This document shows, in pieces, positions 24,782-39,400 of a stretch of DNA of 64,000 nt. The notes beneath the pieces were generated by a model. It ran no database searches. It saw only the letters and a list, made by a program, of their open reading frames with translations, and was not told the origin of the DNA. Position 1 is the first letter of the stretch. Each line of letters opens with the position of its first letter. Source of the stretch: Eremomyces bilateralis CBS 781.70 (lineage: Eukaryota); NCBI GenBank assembly GCA_010015585.1, contig ML975152.1. One strand, written 5' to 3'. Both the position numbers and the translations under genes were made by a program.

Positions 24782-25328
24782 TTTCACTAGGGGATGTCGA
24801 TCGCACCATCCGTGCTGAAGTCTCTCAAAGAAGAGGTAGATAGAATAATCAAGGCGTCCAGCAGTTTTCATTTGATTTTCTGTGAGGATTTCCAAAGAGC
24901 CGGGGCGAAACGGTTTCTATTAAACTCTGTACCGGCGGTACTTGTCTTGTGCCGGAACATAGAACTACAAACAGTTTACATACATTTGGATATTGGCGGG
25001 GATGTATCACTTAGGATCTAATAGCGGAACAGTATATCATCGGACGAGACGGTTCTCCTTAGCAGAGGTTCCTCTAAGTGCGATATAGTACCTAAACCGA
25101 AGCTGAAATCCCAATCTCTACAAAGGTTCTGAAAACATAACCCGCTCGATTCGTATGACATTCCAGGCTCTCATTCGCACCAACCTCCCCTTCCCTTCCT
25201 CGGACGCTCGCATTCAAAATTCAACGAACCTTATTCTTCATGGCAGCTTCCCACTCTCTGCCCACAAAAATGACGTATTCGTAACGGAACTATTGAAGAA
25301 GTAGAGTCGGAGAGGCGGGCAGTGTCGA

Positions 25329-26087
25329 TTAAAGCGGCGGCGGCATGCCCAGCGAGCCGAATCCGGGACTGGGTGTTCTACGTGTTAGTCTCTCTTTAGG
25401 CGGTCTCCTGCTGAGATGAGAGGCTATTTCTGCTTGATCTTCCCATATCTTTAGGACCGATTCGGGCCCTTCGTCTCTAAAGATACAAAACCATCCCCGG
25501 CCTAATGGGGCATGTTTATAGAATCGAGTATCTGGAGGGAGTGGTTCCGAGTGATTAGACAGCACGCTCTCTGCTCGGAAGATCTCGTCCTTCAAGGCTT
25601 TTATGTACGGATGGACCGCAAGGATATAATCGCCAACGGTCACGCAAACCGCCTTTAGGGTTACCAGTCACTATGAGCGGTGCGGGGGAATTGTACCGGC
25701 CTCCGCACTCGCAGGGAAGCTCGTTACCGCTCTCGTCTTTATAGTCACAGTCGCAGTTAGGCAGCATATACTCGTACAACTGGTATAGGAGATCTATATC
25801 CACTTTGACGGACGAGATCGGGGGATAATGCATCGAAGTAGCTGCTATCGGGTGGAAACTGCCGTCTTGGTTCATAAACGGTCGGGCTGTAGAGTTGGCA
25901 TCGCATGGATCGTCTAGGATAAGGATGTCCTGAAGCTCATCAAACATAGACCATCGGATTCCATATTGTTTGATTCTGTCAGGGTGGGAGATACCCGCCC
26001 TAACCAGCTCCCTATCATGGCCATTGGAATACCATTCCCAGTCCTTAAGGGGGGCTTCGTTCTGGGATTCCCACCTTCTGTCGCCAT
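25329..26087 (-). pseudogene. Frameshifted fungal hypothetical gene
   Basis: ORFs 25555..25947 and 25329..25643 join if one base near 25645 is removed (KGG-F-VTVGDYILAVHPY). The upstream ATG near 26087 is also out of frame across a C6 run. Confidence 0.5.
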
Positions 26088-27287
26088 GACTTGCTGTGAG
26101 CGAGGGGGTTCGTGAGGATTTTTCTTGCGAATATTAGATTGTATATTCCGAATAAGAGCCGTAGCTCACGTCGTGCTCCTAGGAGCTCCGTTAACGTATT
26201 TGATGAGGTTGTGACGGGAATTGGTTCTGATGGAAATCAGTGGACCGTGCAAGTTAACAACCGAACTGAAAACTCTGATCTACCGTATTCGGCAATTTGA
26301 CTCTACTCCTCATTCATTATCCTGCTTCATTGAATTCTTCTTTGTATTCATCGCCATTTGTCGGTACTATGGGCTTGGAGAAGTGCAACCTTCAGCTCAA
26401 CCCTATTACTCTGTGCTGCACCTTGCAAACGCTACTGGTCATCGGTCTCGCGGCCAAGCCTTGGCCCTTGGGTAACGATTCGTAAGCAGTGGTCACGAAG
26501 TCGAAGTTCCGATATTAACCTCCGAACAGAATCCAGTTGCCGTCCCTCTCCTGATCAAGCTTGATTTGAGTTGATCAGGGTTGTATTAGGATGACAAACG
26601 TTGCATTCGACGGTTGCAGTTGTAAACCCTTGGTGTAAACGACTAAGCGGTCTGAAGTTGTTCTCCATTCACTGACTAATTACCGACAAGCCCGATGATC
26701 GGATATAAGGATACAAAAACGAGAAAGACTCTTGGCCTCAACCCGAAAACAAACTTTATGTTCCCAGAATGTTTGCTGGATCGGGGTGAGCCCCCCGTGC
26801 CCAGCCACATTTGCCGGAAATATGATTGTCTTTGCCACTCACATCTTCATCGTCGTGCATCTTAGAACCCATACTGAATCATTTAATACCCGCAGGAATA
26901 GCCTCTACAACCTCCCTTAGGTATTGCCGATCGAGTGAACAGGCTTTCAGAACAGCGTGTGGACGATTTGTCATTGACCTAAGGTAGCTTCCGTAGTTTT
27001 CCAGTCCCTATTTGCGGCTTTCTAGAATCGGAAGGATGAAAGATAGCCTTTCTATTTCTTGCCATCTTTGCTTTCAAATCCAGTCGTTCTTTCGTTCTGT
27101 GCTTGTTGAATTTCCCAATTAAGTCGAAATGAAAGCTAGGTGGGAACATCGGTATATAAAGATGTTAGTTTTGTATCAGCCAAGATGTAAAAAAGGCATT
27201 ATCAACTCGTATGCTTCCTTCCTCTTGCAAGATCTATTGTGAACACCATTTGTCCTTCTGAGAATATTGGAAAGTCCATCATCTCCC

Positions 27288-28223
27288 ATGGCAAAAGATC
27301 AATACCTCGCTGGAAAGCTTGCGCTAGTCACTGGTGCCAGTAAAGCTAATGGCATTGGCGCCGCGGTTGCGTACCTTTTGGCTGAGCATGGTGCAGATGT
27401 AAGATATATATTCCCATCAATGAAGCATTGCTTGCATATAACCAACTAACTTCTGAACAGGTTGCCATAACCTACAATAAAAATGCCACCGCCGCAGAGG
27501 AGACAACCAGCCGGATCAGAAAGCTAGGCGCCAAGGCTGTAAGTCCCCATCGAATCCAATCCTATGCTTATAATTGACACGATATCAGGTTGCTATACAA
27601 GCCAACCAATCATCTGAAAGTTATGGCGAAGCCTTAATCAACCTGGTGCTCAAGACGTTTGATACTACTACGATCGACATCATCGTCAACAACGCGGTGT
27701 GTTCCATTCAGTCTTGCCCAAGTGGCCTCTAAGCTGAACTCGCCTGTAGGGCACCAGTATACCTTCCGCCGGAATCGAGCAGACGCCTATATCAGACTTT
27801 GACGCCCACTTTCTCACCAACGTCCGTGGACCCTGGCTGCTCATCCAAGCCGCGATCCCCCACCTCCCGTCCCCTGGCGGCCGCATCGTCAACGTCGGCT
27901 CCATCCTCTCTAAGAACGGCAGCATGTACCTGCAGCTCTATTCCGGCTCCAAGGCAGCGTTGGCGACTCTTAGCCTTGCGTGGGCGGAGGAGCTGGGTCC
28001 GAAGGGGATCACGGTCAATACGGTATCACCGGGACCGATCGGTACGGATCTGGCTGCGGAGGAGGGTCATCCGTTGATGCAGAAGTTTCGATGGGAGCAG
28101 TATATCAAGAGGAGCGGGGAGACGGAGGAGGTGGCTGCTGCGATTGGGTTTTTAGCGAGTCCGCAAGCGTCGTTCATTACGGGGCAGAACCTTATGGTTG
28201 ATGGAGGGTTGATTTATCAATAA
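27288..28223 (+). CDS. Classical short-chain dehydrogenase/reductase, 4 exons
   Basis: TGASKANGIG, VNNAG, catalytic YSGSK and VSPGPIGTD. Introns 27399-27460, 27539-27588 and 27697-27749. Confidence 0.9.
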
Positions 28224-28621
28224 GCACTCATGTTGTTGTATGGCTAGTTGCAAATGCAGTATGGAGTCTTGTCTTACCAATTTCATGACCTGACTCGCTA
28301 GGCTACTAGTCTCTTACCTTCTCAGAATACAATACCTCGAAACCACCCAGCGAAACGATCCAAGACAGGCGCAGTCTAAAGACCAACGGGGTTATGCTGT
28401 TCTACTTAGCAACACGCTCCCGAACAATGACTTCACAATAACAGTTCCGTAGAGCAAGCCCCTGAATGTCGAAAAGACGCCATGAGCCGGTACTACGACC
28501 ATTCTAAGACGCTCAATAATTACAACTACATGAGGTATTGAAACAAACAGGATCTAACACGGATCCAGCCAACTGAACGCCACCCCCGATCTAGACACTC
28601 GAAATCCAACAACATCCCTCC

Positions 28622-31600
28622 TCACGCCGCCGGCGCGGCCTTCCCCACGCCGTCCACCACGCCATCTCCCTGATACTTCTCCCAATTCGCCAAAATATTC
28701 CCAATCTTCGGCGAGCTCGTCAACTTATACACCTCCTCGAAATACTCCTTCGTCAACTCGAACGGCTTCGCGGTGACGTTCGGGATGTATTTCCCGATCA
28801 GCTTGCTCGGATCGATGCTGGTCTTGTTGATTTTCTTCAGCAGGAACGAGCGGAACGGCTTGACGCCCGACCGCAGGAAAGTGCTGTGGAACGGCACATC
28901 GATGCCCTTGAGCGGGATGGTGGCGAAGCCACGCTGCAGATCGAGCGGACCGGCGGCGGCTTTGGCGCGGGTAGTGGCGGCGCACTCGGTGATGATCTGG
29001 AGGAGATGGTCGCGCACGTCGTCGAGGGAGAGCTGCTGGGTGAGGGACTGGATGTCGATCTGCTGCTGCTTGAGGTAGTTGAGGACGTTGGTGAGGCAGT
29101 CGAGGGCGCGGAGATCGCCGGCGGCGACGTATTGCATGTTGGCGATGTTGTAGTTGACGATCTCGAGGAGCCAGCCAGTGCTCTGCGCGATGTTCTCGAC
29201 CACGAATTGCAGTGCCGCTTCGTTGAACGTCTTGCTGATCCGCGACGGGTTGATGGCGCACATGCTGTAGTTCGAGCGGCCGGCCGCGTCCCGCTCTACG
29301 GCGACCTGCATGGTGAGGCCGCGATAGAAGACGACGGAGACGAGCGACTCGATTGGCATGACTTCGGCGAGCGCCGCGAGCGCGGAGTACTCGCCGAGAG
29401 AGTGGCCGGCAAACGAACTATCGCGTTGGACGAGGCCCTTGGCACGCATATCTTCGAAGGAGGCCTTCTCCATAAGGGTCAAGGCCGGCTGAGTGAACTG
29501 CGTGGCGGACAAGAGCCCGTTCGGAGAGCGGTAGGTGTACGAGGTGGTATCCTCGGTGATCTCCTTGAAGATCTTCTCGGTCTTGACGGTGCCATCGGCC
29601 TGGACGGTCTCGAACGTCATGGACATGTAGTTCTGACGAATTGCCTTTCCGCGCGGGCCACCGAAATGAATCGTGAGTTCCTTCGGGTTATTCTTGACGA
29701 TGTTCGTGATCGCGAAGCCTGCCAAACGGTTAGCAAATTCCGACAAAGCAATCAATGCAGTCACATACCATAATTATCCATAAAATGCTTATCCGCCCGA
29801 TCCCACACCTCCCGTGCCACCTCACTCGCCTCATACAAATCCATCCCCATCCCCTGCTCCTGGCTCCCTTGCCCCGTAAACACATACGCACTCACTGGCT
29901 GCTCCACTTCCGCCTCGCCCAACAACACCTTCTCCTCTGTTTCCGCGCTCGCCGCCTCCACTTTGATGATCTTCCGCCCGCGCACCATCCCCACGTGCGT
30001 CAGCTTCACGTCGATCAGGTCGTCTGGCAACACCATCCCCACCAGGTTCGCGTGGAAGCTTCGCACGCGACCAATGTGGTTCTCCGCCGCCCACGTCTCG
30101 ACGAGCGAGCGCACTGCCGCGCTGCTGTACATCCCATGCGTGATCGTCCCGGGAAGGTTCGCGTACGACGCGAACACGCGGGACACGTGGATCGGGTTAT
30201 AATCGCCCGACACGCGCGCGTAGGTCTCGTTGCTGGCGGGCGCCTTGAGTACGAGCGGGGTCTTGCGGTTGAGGGGAATGGCGTTCTCGAAGTGCACGGG
30301 CTGGTCGAGGGCGCTGCCAGAGCGGGTGAGGTAGTCGAGGACGGGGTTGCCACGCGAGGCGCCGGCTTCGTACTCGACGGAGGCGATCTGGATGACTTCC
30401 TTCGTGGGCAGCTCGAGGAGGACTTCGCCGAGGGTCTGCACGGAGGAGAAGACGGATTGATTCTGGTAGCGGACGAGGCTCTGTAGGCGGAAGGTGAGGG
30501 TTTGGTTGAGGAGATCGATGTCATCGCGCTCCATGCGGAACCATTCCTTGCTGCGAAGGACCGCGATGTCCTTGCTCGTCGCGAGCGTCAGCTTCATCGG
30601 CGTCTCCGTCTTCCGCTGGAACGTGTTCTCGAAATCCGTATAGACTCCACGATACAGGAACTGCGACGTCACCTCCATCACCGGTTCCCCGTCGCGCGTG
30701 ATCGTCCCGCACACTTCGACCATCTTCCCGGAGTCCTGGTTGATCACCGCGTTCACCTGCGCCGTAGTATCCAGCACGTCGCCCTTCTTCAGCGGCTCCG
30801 CGCCGGGGATCATGCGGAACCCGTTGCTCAGGTGCACGAGCTTCAGCAGATCGCCGTCGATCGCGCGCGGGAAGATCGGCTTCGTGATGGCTTTCCAGCC
30901 CACGACGATCGCGAAGTCCATTGGCGCGAACACTTCTTTTCCGTGCCGCTCGACGAACGCCTCCTGCGTGTTGCCGACCGCGTGCACGAAGTCGTTGATT
31001 GCCTCGGTGGTGACGACCGCGCGCCCGCCGTCGAACTTGCTGGTGACGGGTGTCTCGAAGGGGCAGGGGTCGGCGCCGAACCACACGCGGTAGTAGAACT
31101 CCTTGATGCGGTCGTTGCGCGCCTGCATGACCTCGCGGATCGGCGCGTAGCCAGTCTCCGGATGGTAGGTGAAGCGCAGGGGGAGGCGGACGGGGGCCTT
31201 CTCGACGGTGCGGTGCTCGATCAGGTCGACTTTGATCTCGTTGGCCGAGGTCATGGAGATGTCGACAGTTTGCGTGGTCTTGGAGCCGCCGTTGTAGGGC
31301 TCGAAGATGGAGATGACGGTCGTCGCCGGGGTGTTGGGGTTGGTAATTTCCACGGTCATGCCCTTGGTGGGAGCAAAGATGCGGCGCATGGGGTTGGTTT
31401 GGAAACGTTGGCCTTGCACGAAGACGTCGGCGGTGAAGAATGCGTGGCGCCAGGAGTACGTGGTGCCGGCAAGTAGCTGCATCCAGTCGTCGACATTTGG
31501 CAGCGTTGCGTTGGGCGCATCCGACAGACGGTAGGTGAGCTTGTTCTCTAGCTCGGTGACGTCTAGCCCTTCCACGTCGATCTCATCCGACACGCCGAGG

Positions 31601-34600
31601 AGTTTGCTGCCGAAGTATTCGATCACGGGGATCTTAGACGCGTCGCCGTGATAGTAATCCCGGGTGAGCATCTTGATATGGTTGTCATGCACACCATCCA
31701 GAATATCCTTGACCGGCTCGTCGACGACCTTGCTGTACCTCGCCGCCATCGGTCCCTGAAGGATACACGTCCGTCCAACATCTTGACCGACGACCGCCTC
31801 GAGGTCCTCCGACTGCCACAGGCTGTCTTTCTTGAAGAAATACTCGAAGTTATCGTCGAGGACAGGTACGAACGGCACGGGCTTCTGCCCCCGCCGCATG
31901 CACAGCATCAGGAAGTGCTGCACATCCTGCGCGTTGATGAGCTGAGTTTCCGCGTCGGGATACTCGGCGATCAGCCGCTCGACGACGGGGAACGGGTCGT
32001 TGAGCTCCGCGTAGTTCTGCACGATGCTCGACTTCCCCGCGCCAACGATAAAACGCTCCTCGACCCGCCGCATGAAATCCCCCGCCAGCTTCGCCAGACT
32101 CTTATCGATCCAGCGCTTCTCATGCGTCACGAACATCAACTCCACCATGCGGCGCACTACTTCGGCGTACGTCATATCCTCCAAATCCACGCTCTCCCCC
32201 CGCGCGTTCCGCCCGAACCACACCTTCTGGAAGTCGTCGTTCAGCTTTCGGATGATGTGCGCGCGCATCTTCTTCAGCTCCGGCACCCGTTTCGCCCGGT
32301 CCAGCGCGAAGATTTTCTGATCCATCTCCGCCCAGAACCGCACGCCGCGTGTCGCCAGCTTGTGGATCGGCTCGCCCATCTCTGAGCGCACCGTGATGAC
32401 GCCGCCGGCGGGGCCTTTGTACGTCTTCTCCCACTCGCCGTCGTCGAGGCCTTCGGCATCGCAGATGGCTTGCTTGGCGTTCTTAGAGGTGTGCGCTTCC
32501 TTGGCGGTCATCATGCGGGAGCCGAAGAGGACGCCGTCGAACGGCATGGCAGGATAGCCGTAGTTCGCGGACCAGGCGCCGGTGAGGTAGGGGTAGGTGT
32601 CTTCAGCGCCACCGAAGCCGGAGCCGGCGATGAGGACGAGGTTCTCGCACTTGCGGATACGGGAATACATGCTGAGGATGGGTTGGTGGAAGTCCTCGAA
32701 GGAGTGATGCCCGCCACCACGGCCACCGGTCCATTGAAGGAGGACAGGGAAGGTGGGGTTGGCTTTGGCGATGTTGATGACTTGTTGGATCGCCTCGCTG
32801 GAGCCGGGCTTGAAGGCGATGTGCTTGATGCCGAGGGTCTCGATGTATTCGTTCGCCACCTCGATGCTCGGAACGCCGGCCCCGATGGTGAGCCCTTCGA
32901 TGGGGACGCCCTCGGCGCGGAGTTTGGCGATCAAAGGGATCTGCCAGTTCATAGCGCGCGGATTGACGTAGATGAGGTTGACGGTGATGCCGCGGCCGGC
33001 GGGGGTGGCGCTTTCGATCTTGCGGATCGCTTCGGTCATGGACTTTTCGTCGTAGTATCCACCACCGGCCAACTCGATCTCGTAGCCGGCGTTCATCGTC
33101 GCCGCGACGAAATCCCATGGCACAGTGCACGGCGTCATACCGGCGACCATGACGGGTGGAAGACCGACGAGTCGCGACATCTTCGTGTCGACGATCGTCT
33201 GGCCAACGGACGTCTTGATCAGGCGGGGACCGTGTTCCTTGACCCAGTCAGGGGCATACTTGACCGCGTGCTCGGAGTCGCGGTCGAACAGTTCGGGCTT
33301 GTAGCCGACTTCTGCGTTGGTCCCGTCAATGGTGCCGGCGAGGATGACGCGGACGCCAGTGCCGTCCTTGTTGCGGTTGGTCAAGACGCCAAGACCGGAG
33401 ATGCCGCCCGGACCCAAGTCGATGATATGGGTTGCCTTGGGGAAGACGGTTGCCGTCTCCCAGTTGACGGCCTCGGTGGTGATCATGCGAACGAGAGCAG
33501 GCACGACGTTGGCGTTGCCAGCCTCTTCTCGGAGATCTTTGCCAGTGTGAGTATTGTACGTGGCGATGGCGAGGTCGGCGGCTGGGATCTGGATGTCCTT
33601 CAAGTCGTCGATGATGAGCTTGTAGGCTTCCGACAGGAGTGGGCTGTGGAAAGGGGCGGTGATGGGAAGGAAACGGTTGACGAAGCGGACTTTGCGGTCG
33701 GTGAAGGGGATGCGAGTCTGGTCCAAGCCGGTCGGAGCCTTCACTTTGCGCAAACGCTGGTTCAGACCGTACAATGAGATCGGAGGACCAGTCACCACCA
33801 CGTTGCGGGCGGAGTTGACAAGAGAGATGCCAACATGCTGGTCTTTCGGAAGATGCTCATTCGTCGCATCGATGTGTGATTGGACTTGCGCTTGTGACAA
33901 GTCACGAATGGACAGCATCGGAGTCGGCGCACCTTCGCCGTGATCGAGCGAGTCTTGGAGGTAGTTCGGGTTGATGGACGTCCGAGGGTATGCTTGCTGG
34001 CTGCGGGATCCGATCCAAAAGAGGGCCTTTAGCGCATTCATGGCGTACTTATCGAACGACGGCCAGTCGCTCGACGCGGCGATTGCAGCCGCAGTGACGA
34101 TGCCTTGTGAGTGGCCGGTTACACCACGCAGACGATCGCGGATGAGACCGGGATGCGACCCCATCACTCGGCAGGTTACCAGGTAATGAGAGAGCTGGGT
34201 CAACCCAATCAGTGGCAGACTCACGGGCGCAGACACCAAGTATTCGATATCTGGCTGTGAGTCTCGGTTGTGCAGCCATCGCATGACATCGAGGCCTTTG
34301 GGGTAGAGCTTCTCTGCCTTGGGGTCTCTCGATAACTGTAGCAACAAGGCGGCCGCATCGGTTACGAATTGCTCGACGAACGGACCGTAGGTCTGGTAGA
34401 CTTCTCGGAGTTCGTCGAAGTACTCCTCGATGTTGCCTTGGCCGCCAAACACGGCGTAAAGGAACGCATTCCCGTTCTCCGCCTCGCGGAAGAGCGCGGA
34501 CTCGTGACCCTTCAATGGACGCTCTGCAACGGCGCGAGCCTTGTAGTACGATTGGCAGACGATATTCTTCTTCGAGACGATGCCGGGTAATGAAGCGGCA

Positions 34601-34953
34601 AGCGCATGGACCTCATTTCCTCGAAGGAACCCACGCTCAAATTCATTCAAGATGACTTTCAGCACCTCTTCGTATGGGTCCGGGTCGTCGGCGACTTCGG
34701 TATGGTTGGCAATGTGACCGAGATATCGAGCAACAAGTTCGGCCTCGGATGAAGGCTCGTCATCGAGGGCAAGTTCTTCGGTTGCCTCCGGGAGGGATTT
34801 GATGAAGGCATCTTTGAGCTCGGTGGCGTGGTAGTGGAAGGCGGTTGGGATGAGGAATTGGTATTCCAGCGAGCCGTGGGAGAGGGTGAGAGGACGGAGG
34901 GAGGCTTGGGATCGTGGGGTTGCGACGCCCGTTTGAGGACCGGAGCCGTACAT
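28622..34953 (-). CDS. FAS1: Fatty acid synthase beta subunit (AT-ER-DH-MPT)
   Basis: Start [54 protein letters not shown]. Intron 29768-29719. Confidence 0.97.
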
Positions 34954-36415
34954 GGTGCGAGAGGAGGGGGTGATCCTGAGGTCGAGATTTCTCTCTCGAC
35001 TGGGGGAGTTAGTTTGAAGCGATCCTGAAGTTAGGAGAAGATTCACATACATTGGGGTGGACATGTGTATAGTCCGATCTCTCTCAATTCCAAGAGAAAT
35101 CGACACTCTTCAAAAGCACCGATGGATGGATATGCTCCGAAGAAAGCGTATATCCGAGTCGTACTTCAGGAGGAGGTACTCGGAGGTAATGGTTGGGGTA
35201 TGGAACTCCTGACTAGTATACAGGAATGAAAAGGAGAGTGCGGAGGAATTGAGGAATAGAAACGGAGACAGTAGGATTGGAGATGATGACAGCTCCGTTT
35301 CGTAAAGAGGAGTGAAGGGTAGGAGTATCGGGATGGGTTGGCGAATGGTGAATTGATGATGGATGTGGTTGAGGAGGAGGTGGAAAAGGAACGCGAATAA
35401 ATTTCGGACCGGGGGTCGAAGGCCGATTTGACTCCGTTGCGGGAGGAAGGTGCAGGGACAGGGGGGGAAGGAGCAAGGACAGGGAGGCGACAAGGGGGCA
35501 AGGACACAAGGCAACAAGGAATCAAGGATCTGGACTCGCCTGGCGGACGTTGGTCGTTGCCTGTTGGGGAATCAACAGAATTCCGATGCTGTGGTCGATC
35601 GGTCATTATTGTTGAACCTCAACCTCCTCGTGGAACAAATCAATTGTGTTCCAGTTCATATAAATTCCTTATCAAATTCCCAATAGACGAGGATCCTTCA
35701 GAATCCATTCCGGTTTTTCCCACTCTTAGGCCATTCAATTTCTTTGGTGGCGTCCTCCTCCTGTGATCCTGATTCTTGACTCGCCCCAGTTGTTGAACCA
35801 CCGATCCCAAGCAGGATTGCGTACAAGGGGCAAATAAGGTTGATGCCTAGCTGCCTTAGAGTGCCGTAGAGCCCGTAGTGCACTTAAGATCCCTGCCAAT
35901 CTGCATGGGCCCCATGCAATCTGACTGTGGGGAGCCAATAAGAAGTTTTTAAAAGAACCGGGGCCAAGCGGACGGAATTTCGTGGGAAAGCTCCGGTCAT
36001 TTTTTGCTTCTCAACGCCCATCACCAAATAACCATTCACCACTTTGGACTCCCTCTCCTCCGTCTTCTCCATCAATTGTCCTTCCGTCCTTATCCATCAA
36101 CATATCGAGAAGGGCAGACAGGCAGCTATCTTAATATCGCCTCCTGTCTTGCTGGGACTCGGCTTATCCGTCCCTTTCCTCAGTTTACACCGAGAGAAGA
36201 GTTGCCGTTCTCACTCTCTTCCCTTTCCTCCACCTTCATTCCATACTCCCTCCCCTTTAAATCATTCACATCCCGATCTCCATCTTCTCTACCACTTCGA
36301 CGTTAAGAGTCTTCCTTAACTGGAAACTCCGAAGTCGTCGAATTCCTCCTTACAACATCCTTTTCCGGAGCGTCTAGGACCAACATCCACCTACAATCGA
36401 TACCCTCCCCCCATC
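34954..36415. promoter_or_regulatory. Shared divergent promoter region of FAS1 and FAS2
   Basis: Head-to-head arrangement with CT-rich leader tracts facing each gene. No specific binding site was confidently identified. Confidence 0.65.
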
Positions 36416-39400
36416 ATGGCCTCCAACATGCGCCCCGAAGTCCAACAGGACCTCGCCCACACCCTCCTTGTCGAACTCCTCGCCTACCAATTCGCCTCCC
36501 CCGTCCGATGGATCGAAACCCAAGATGTCATCCTGGGCGAGAAGGTCACCGAGCGCATCGTTGAAGTCGGTCCCGCCGACACCCTCGGCGTCATGGCCAA
36601 ACGCACCATCGCGAGCAAATACGACGCCCACGATGCCGCCCGCTCGGTCCAGCGTCAGATTCTCTGCTACAATAAAGATGCCCGAGACATCTATTACGAT
36701 GTCGAGCCGGAGGAGGAGGAGCCCGCTCCTGCGACCGGGGCCGGAGCCGAAAACGCGTCTGGCGCTCCGTCCGCACCCGTTCCCGTTGCCCAGGTTGCAG
36801 CTCCATCACAAAATGCTGGGCCTGCCGCTGCGGTGCCTGATGAGCCGGTGACGGCGACCGATATCGTGAGGACGTTGGTCGCGCAGAAGTTGAAGAAGCC
36901 GGTTGCGGATATTCCGGTGACCAAAGCTATCAAGGATCTGGTCGGAGGTGAGTCCATGACTTCATTTGGAATGACACGAGACTAATCATCATCAGGCAAA
37001 TCAACATTGCAAAATGAAATCCTCGGAGATTTGGGCAAGGAGTTTGGCTCCACGCCCGAAAAGCCGGAAGACACACCCCTCGATGAGCTCGGAAGCTCAA
37101 TGCAGGCCACGTTCAATGGACAACTCGGAAAACAGTCCTCCTCCCTCATCGCCCGCATGGTATCCGCCAAGATGCCTGGTGGCTTCAACATCACCGCAGT
37201 CCGAAAACATTTGGAAACAAGATGGGGACTTGGGTCGGGTCGCCAAGACGGCGTCCTCTTGTTGGCACTCACCAACGAACCCGCAGCTCGATTGGGCTCC
37301 GAGAGCGACGCAAAGGCATGGCTCGACGACCTTTCAAACAAATACGCCGACAACGCTGGCATCAGCCTGACATCACCCACCGCTGGCGGCGACGCTGGTG
37401 GCGCTGGTGGCATGATGATGGACCCGGCTGCTCTCGATGCCCTCACGAAAGACCAGCGAGCACTGTTCAAGCAGCAATTGGAGTTATTTGCTCGCTACCT
37501 CAAGATGGATCTCCGTGCCGGCGACAAAGCCTTCGTTACCTCACAGAAATCCGCGGACGCCCTCCAAGCCCAGCTGGACCTCTGGAGTGCCGAGCACGGT
37601 GACTTCTACGCGACCGGCATCGAGCCTGCCTTCACTCCGCTCAAAGCTCGTGTCTACGATTCGTCGTGGAATTGGGCACGCCAGGATGCGCTCAGCATGT
37701 ACTACGATATTATCTTCGGCCGTCTGAAGGCCGTCGACCGAGAGATTGTGTCACGCTGCATCAACATCATGAACCGCTCGAATCCTCGTCTTCTCGAATT
37801 CATGCAATACCACATCGATCACTGCCCGAAGGAGCGGGGAGAAACTTACGAATTGGCGAAGGAGCTCGGCCAGCAGCTGATCGAGAACTGCAAAGACGTT
37901 CTGAACGAACCACCGGTCTATAAGGACGTCTCCCTTCCTACCGCTCCATCCCTCGAGATCGACGCGAAGGGCAACATGAACTACGTCGAAGGCCCCCGCG
38001 CATCCGTCCGCAAGCTCGAGCACTACGTCCGGGAAATGGCCGAGGGCGGCAAGCTGTCCGAATACGGCAACCGAACCAAAGTCCAAAACGACCTGCAGCG
38101 CATCTACAAGCTGATCCGCCAACAACACAAGCTCTCCAAGTCCTCGCAGCTTGAAATCAAGAGCCTCTACTCCAACGTCATCCGCTCCCTCGCCATGAAC
38201 GAAGGCCAGATCATCCCCGCCGAATCCACTGGGAAGGTCAACGGCAAGAAGCGCTCCGCTCGCTTCCCCAGCGGCAAGAAGGGCGGCAAGACCGAGACCA
38301 TCCCATTCCTGCATCTCAAGCGCAAAGACGACCGCGGCTGGGAGTACAGCAAGAAGCTCACCGGGGTCTACCTCGACGGCCTCGAGCAAGCCGCCAAGAA
38401 CGGCGTCACCTTCATCGGTAAGAACGTCCTTATGACCGGCGCCGGAGCCGGATCCATCGGCGCGGAAGTCCTCCAGGGCCTCATCGCCGGCGGCGCCAAG
38501 GTCGTCGTCACCACCAGCCGCTTCTCCCGCGAAGTGAACGAGTACTACCAGTCCATCTACACGCGCTACGGCGCCCGTGGGTCACAGCTGATCGTCGTGC
38601 CGTTCAATCAGGGCAGCAAGCAGGACGTCGAGGCCCTTGTCGAGTACATCTACGACCAGAAGAACGGCCTCGGATGGGACCTGGACTACGTGGTGCCGTT
38701 CGCCGCCATCTCGGAGAACGGGCGCGAGATCGACGGACTCGACTCCAAGTCCGAGCTCGCTCACCGCATCATGTTGACGAACCTGCTGCGGTTGCTGGGC
38801 TGCGTCAAGTCGCACAAGCATGCGAACGGCTTCGAGACACGGCCTGCACAGGTCATCTTGCCGCTCAGCCCCAACCACGGGACGTTCGGAAACGACGGCT
38901 TGTATGCGGAGAGCAAGATCTCGCTGGAGACGCTGTTCACGCGCTGGCATTCGGAGTCATGGGGCAATTACCTCACCATCTGCGGCGCGGTGATCGGATG
39001 GACGCGTGGAACCGGGCTGATGGGTGGTAACAACATCGTCGCTGAGGGCATCGAGCGATACGGCGTGCGCACGTTCAGCCAGCAGGAGATGGCGTTCAAC
39101 CTCCTCGGGCTGATGGCGCCGGCGATTGTCAACCTGTGCCAGATCGAGCCGGTGTGGGCGGACTTGAACGGCGGGTTCCAATACCTCCCGAACCTCAAGG
39201 ACCTCATGACCGAGCTGCGCAAGGAGCTCACTGAGACTAGCGAGCTGCGCAACGCGGTCACCAAGGAGACGGCCATCGAAAACAAGATCGTCAACGGCGA
39301 GGACTCCGAAAAGCTGTATCAGACCGTCAAGGTGGAGCCGCGCGCGAATCTGAAGTTCGAGTTCCCCAAGTTACCTGACTGGGAGACGGAGATCAAGTCG

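Noticed and set aside
34954..35106. FAS1 start at 35106 as given in the ORF track
   Set aside because: It is a non-ATG start; recognisable FAS beta sequence begins at the ATG at 34953.
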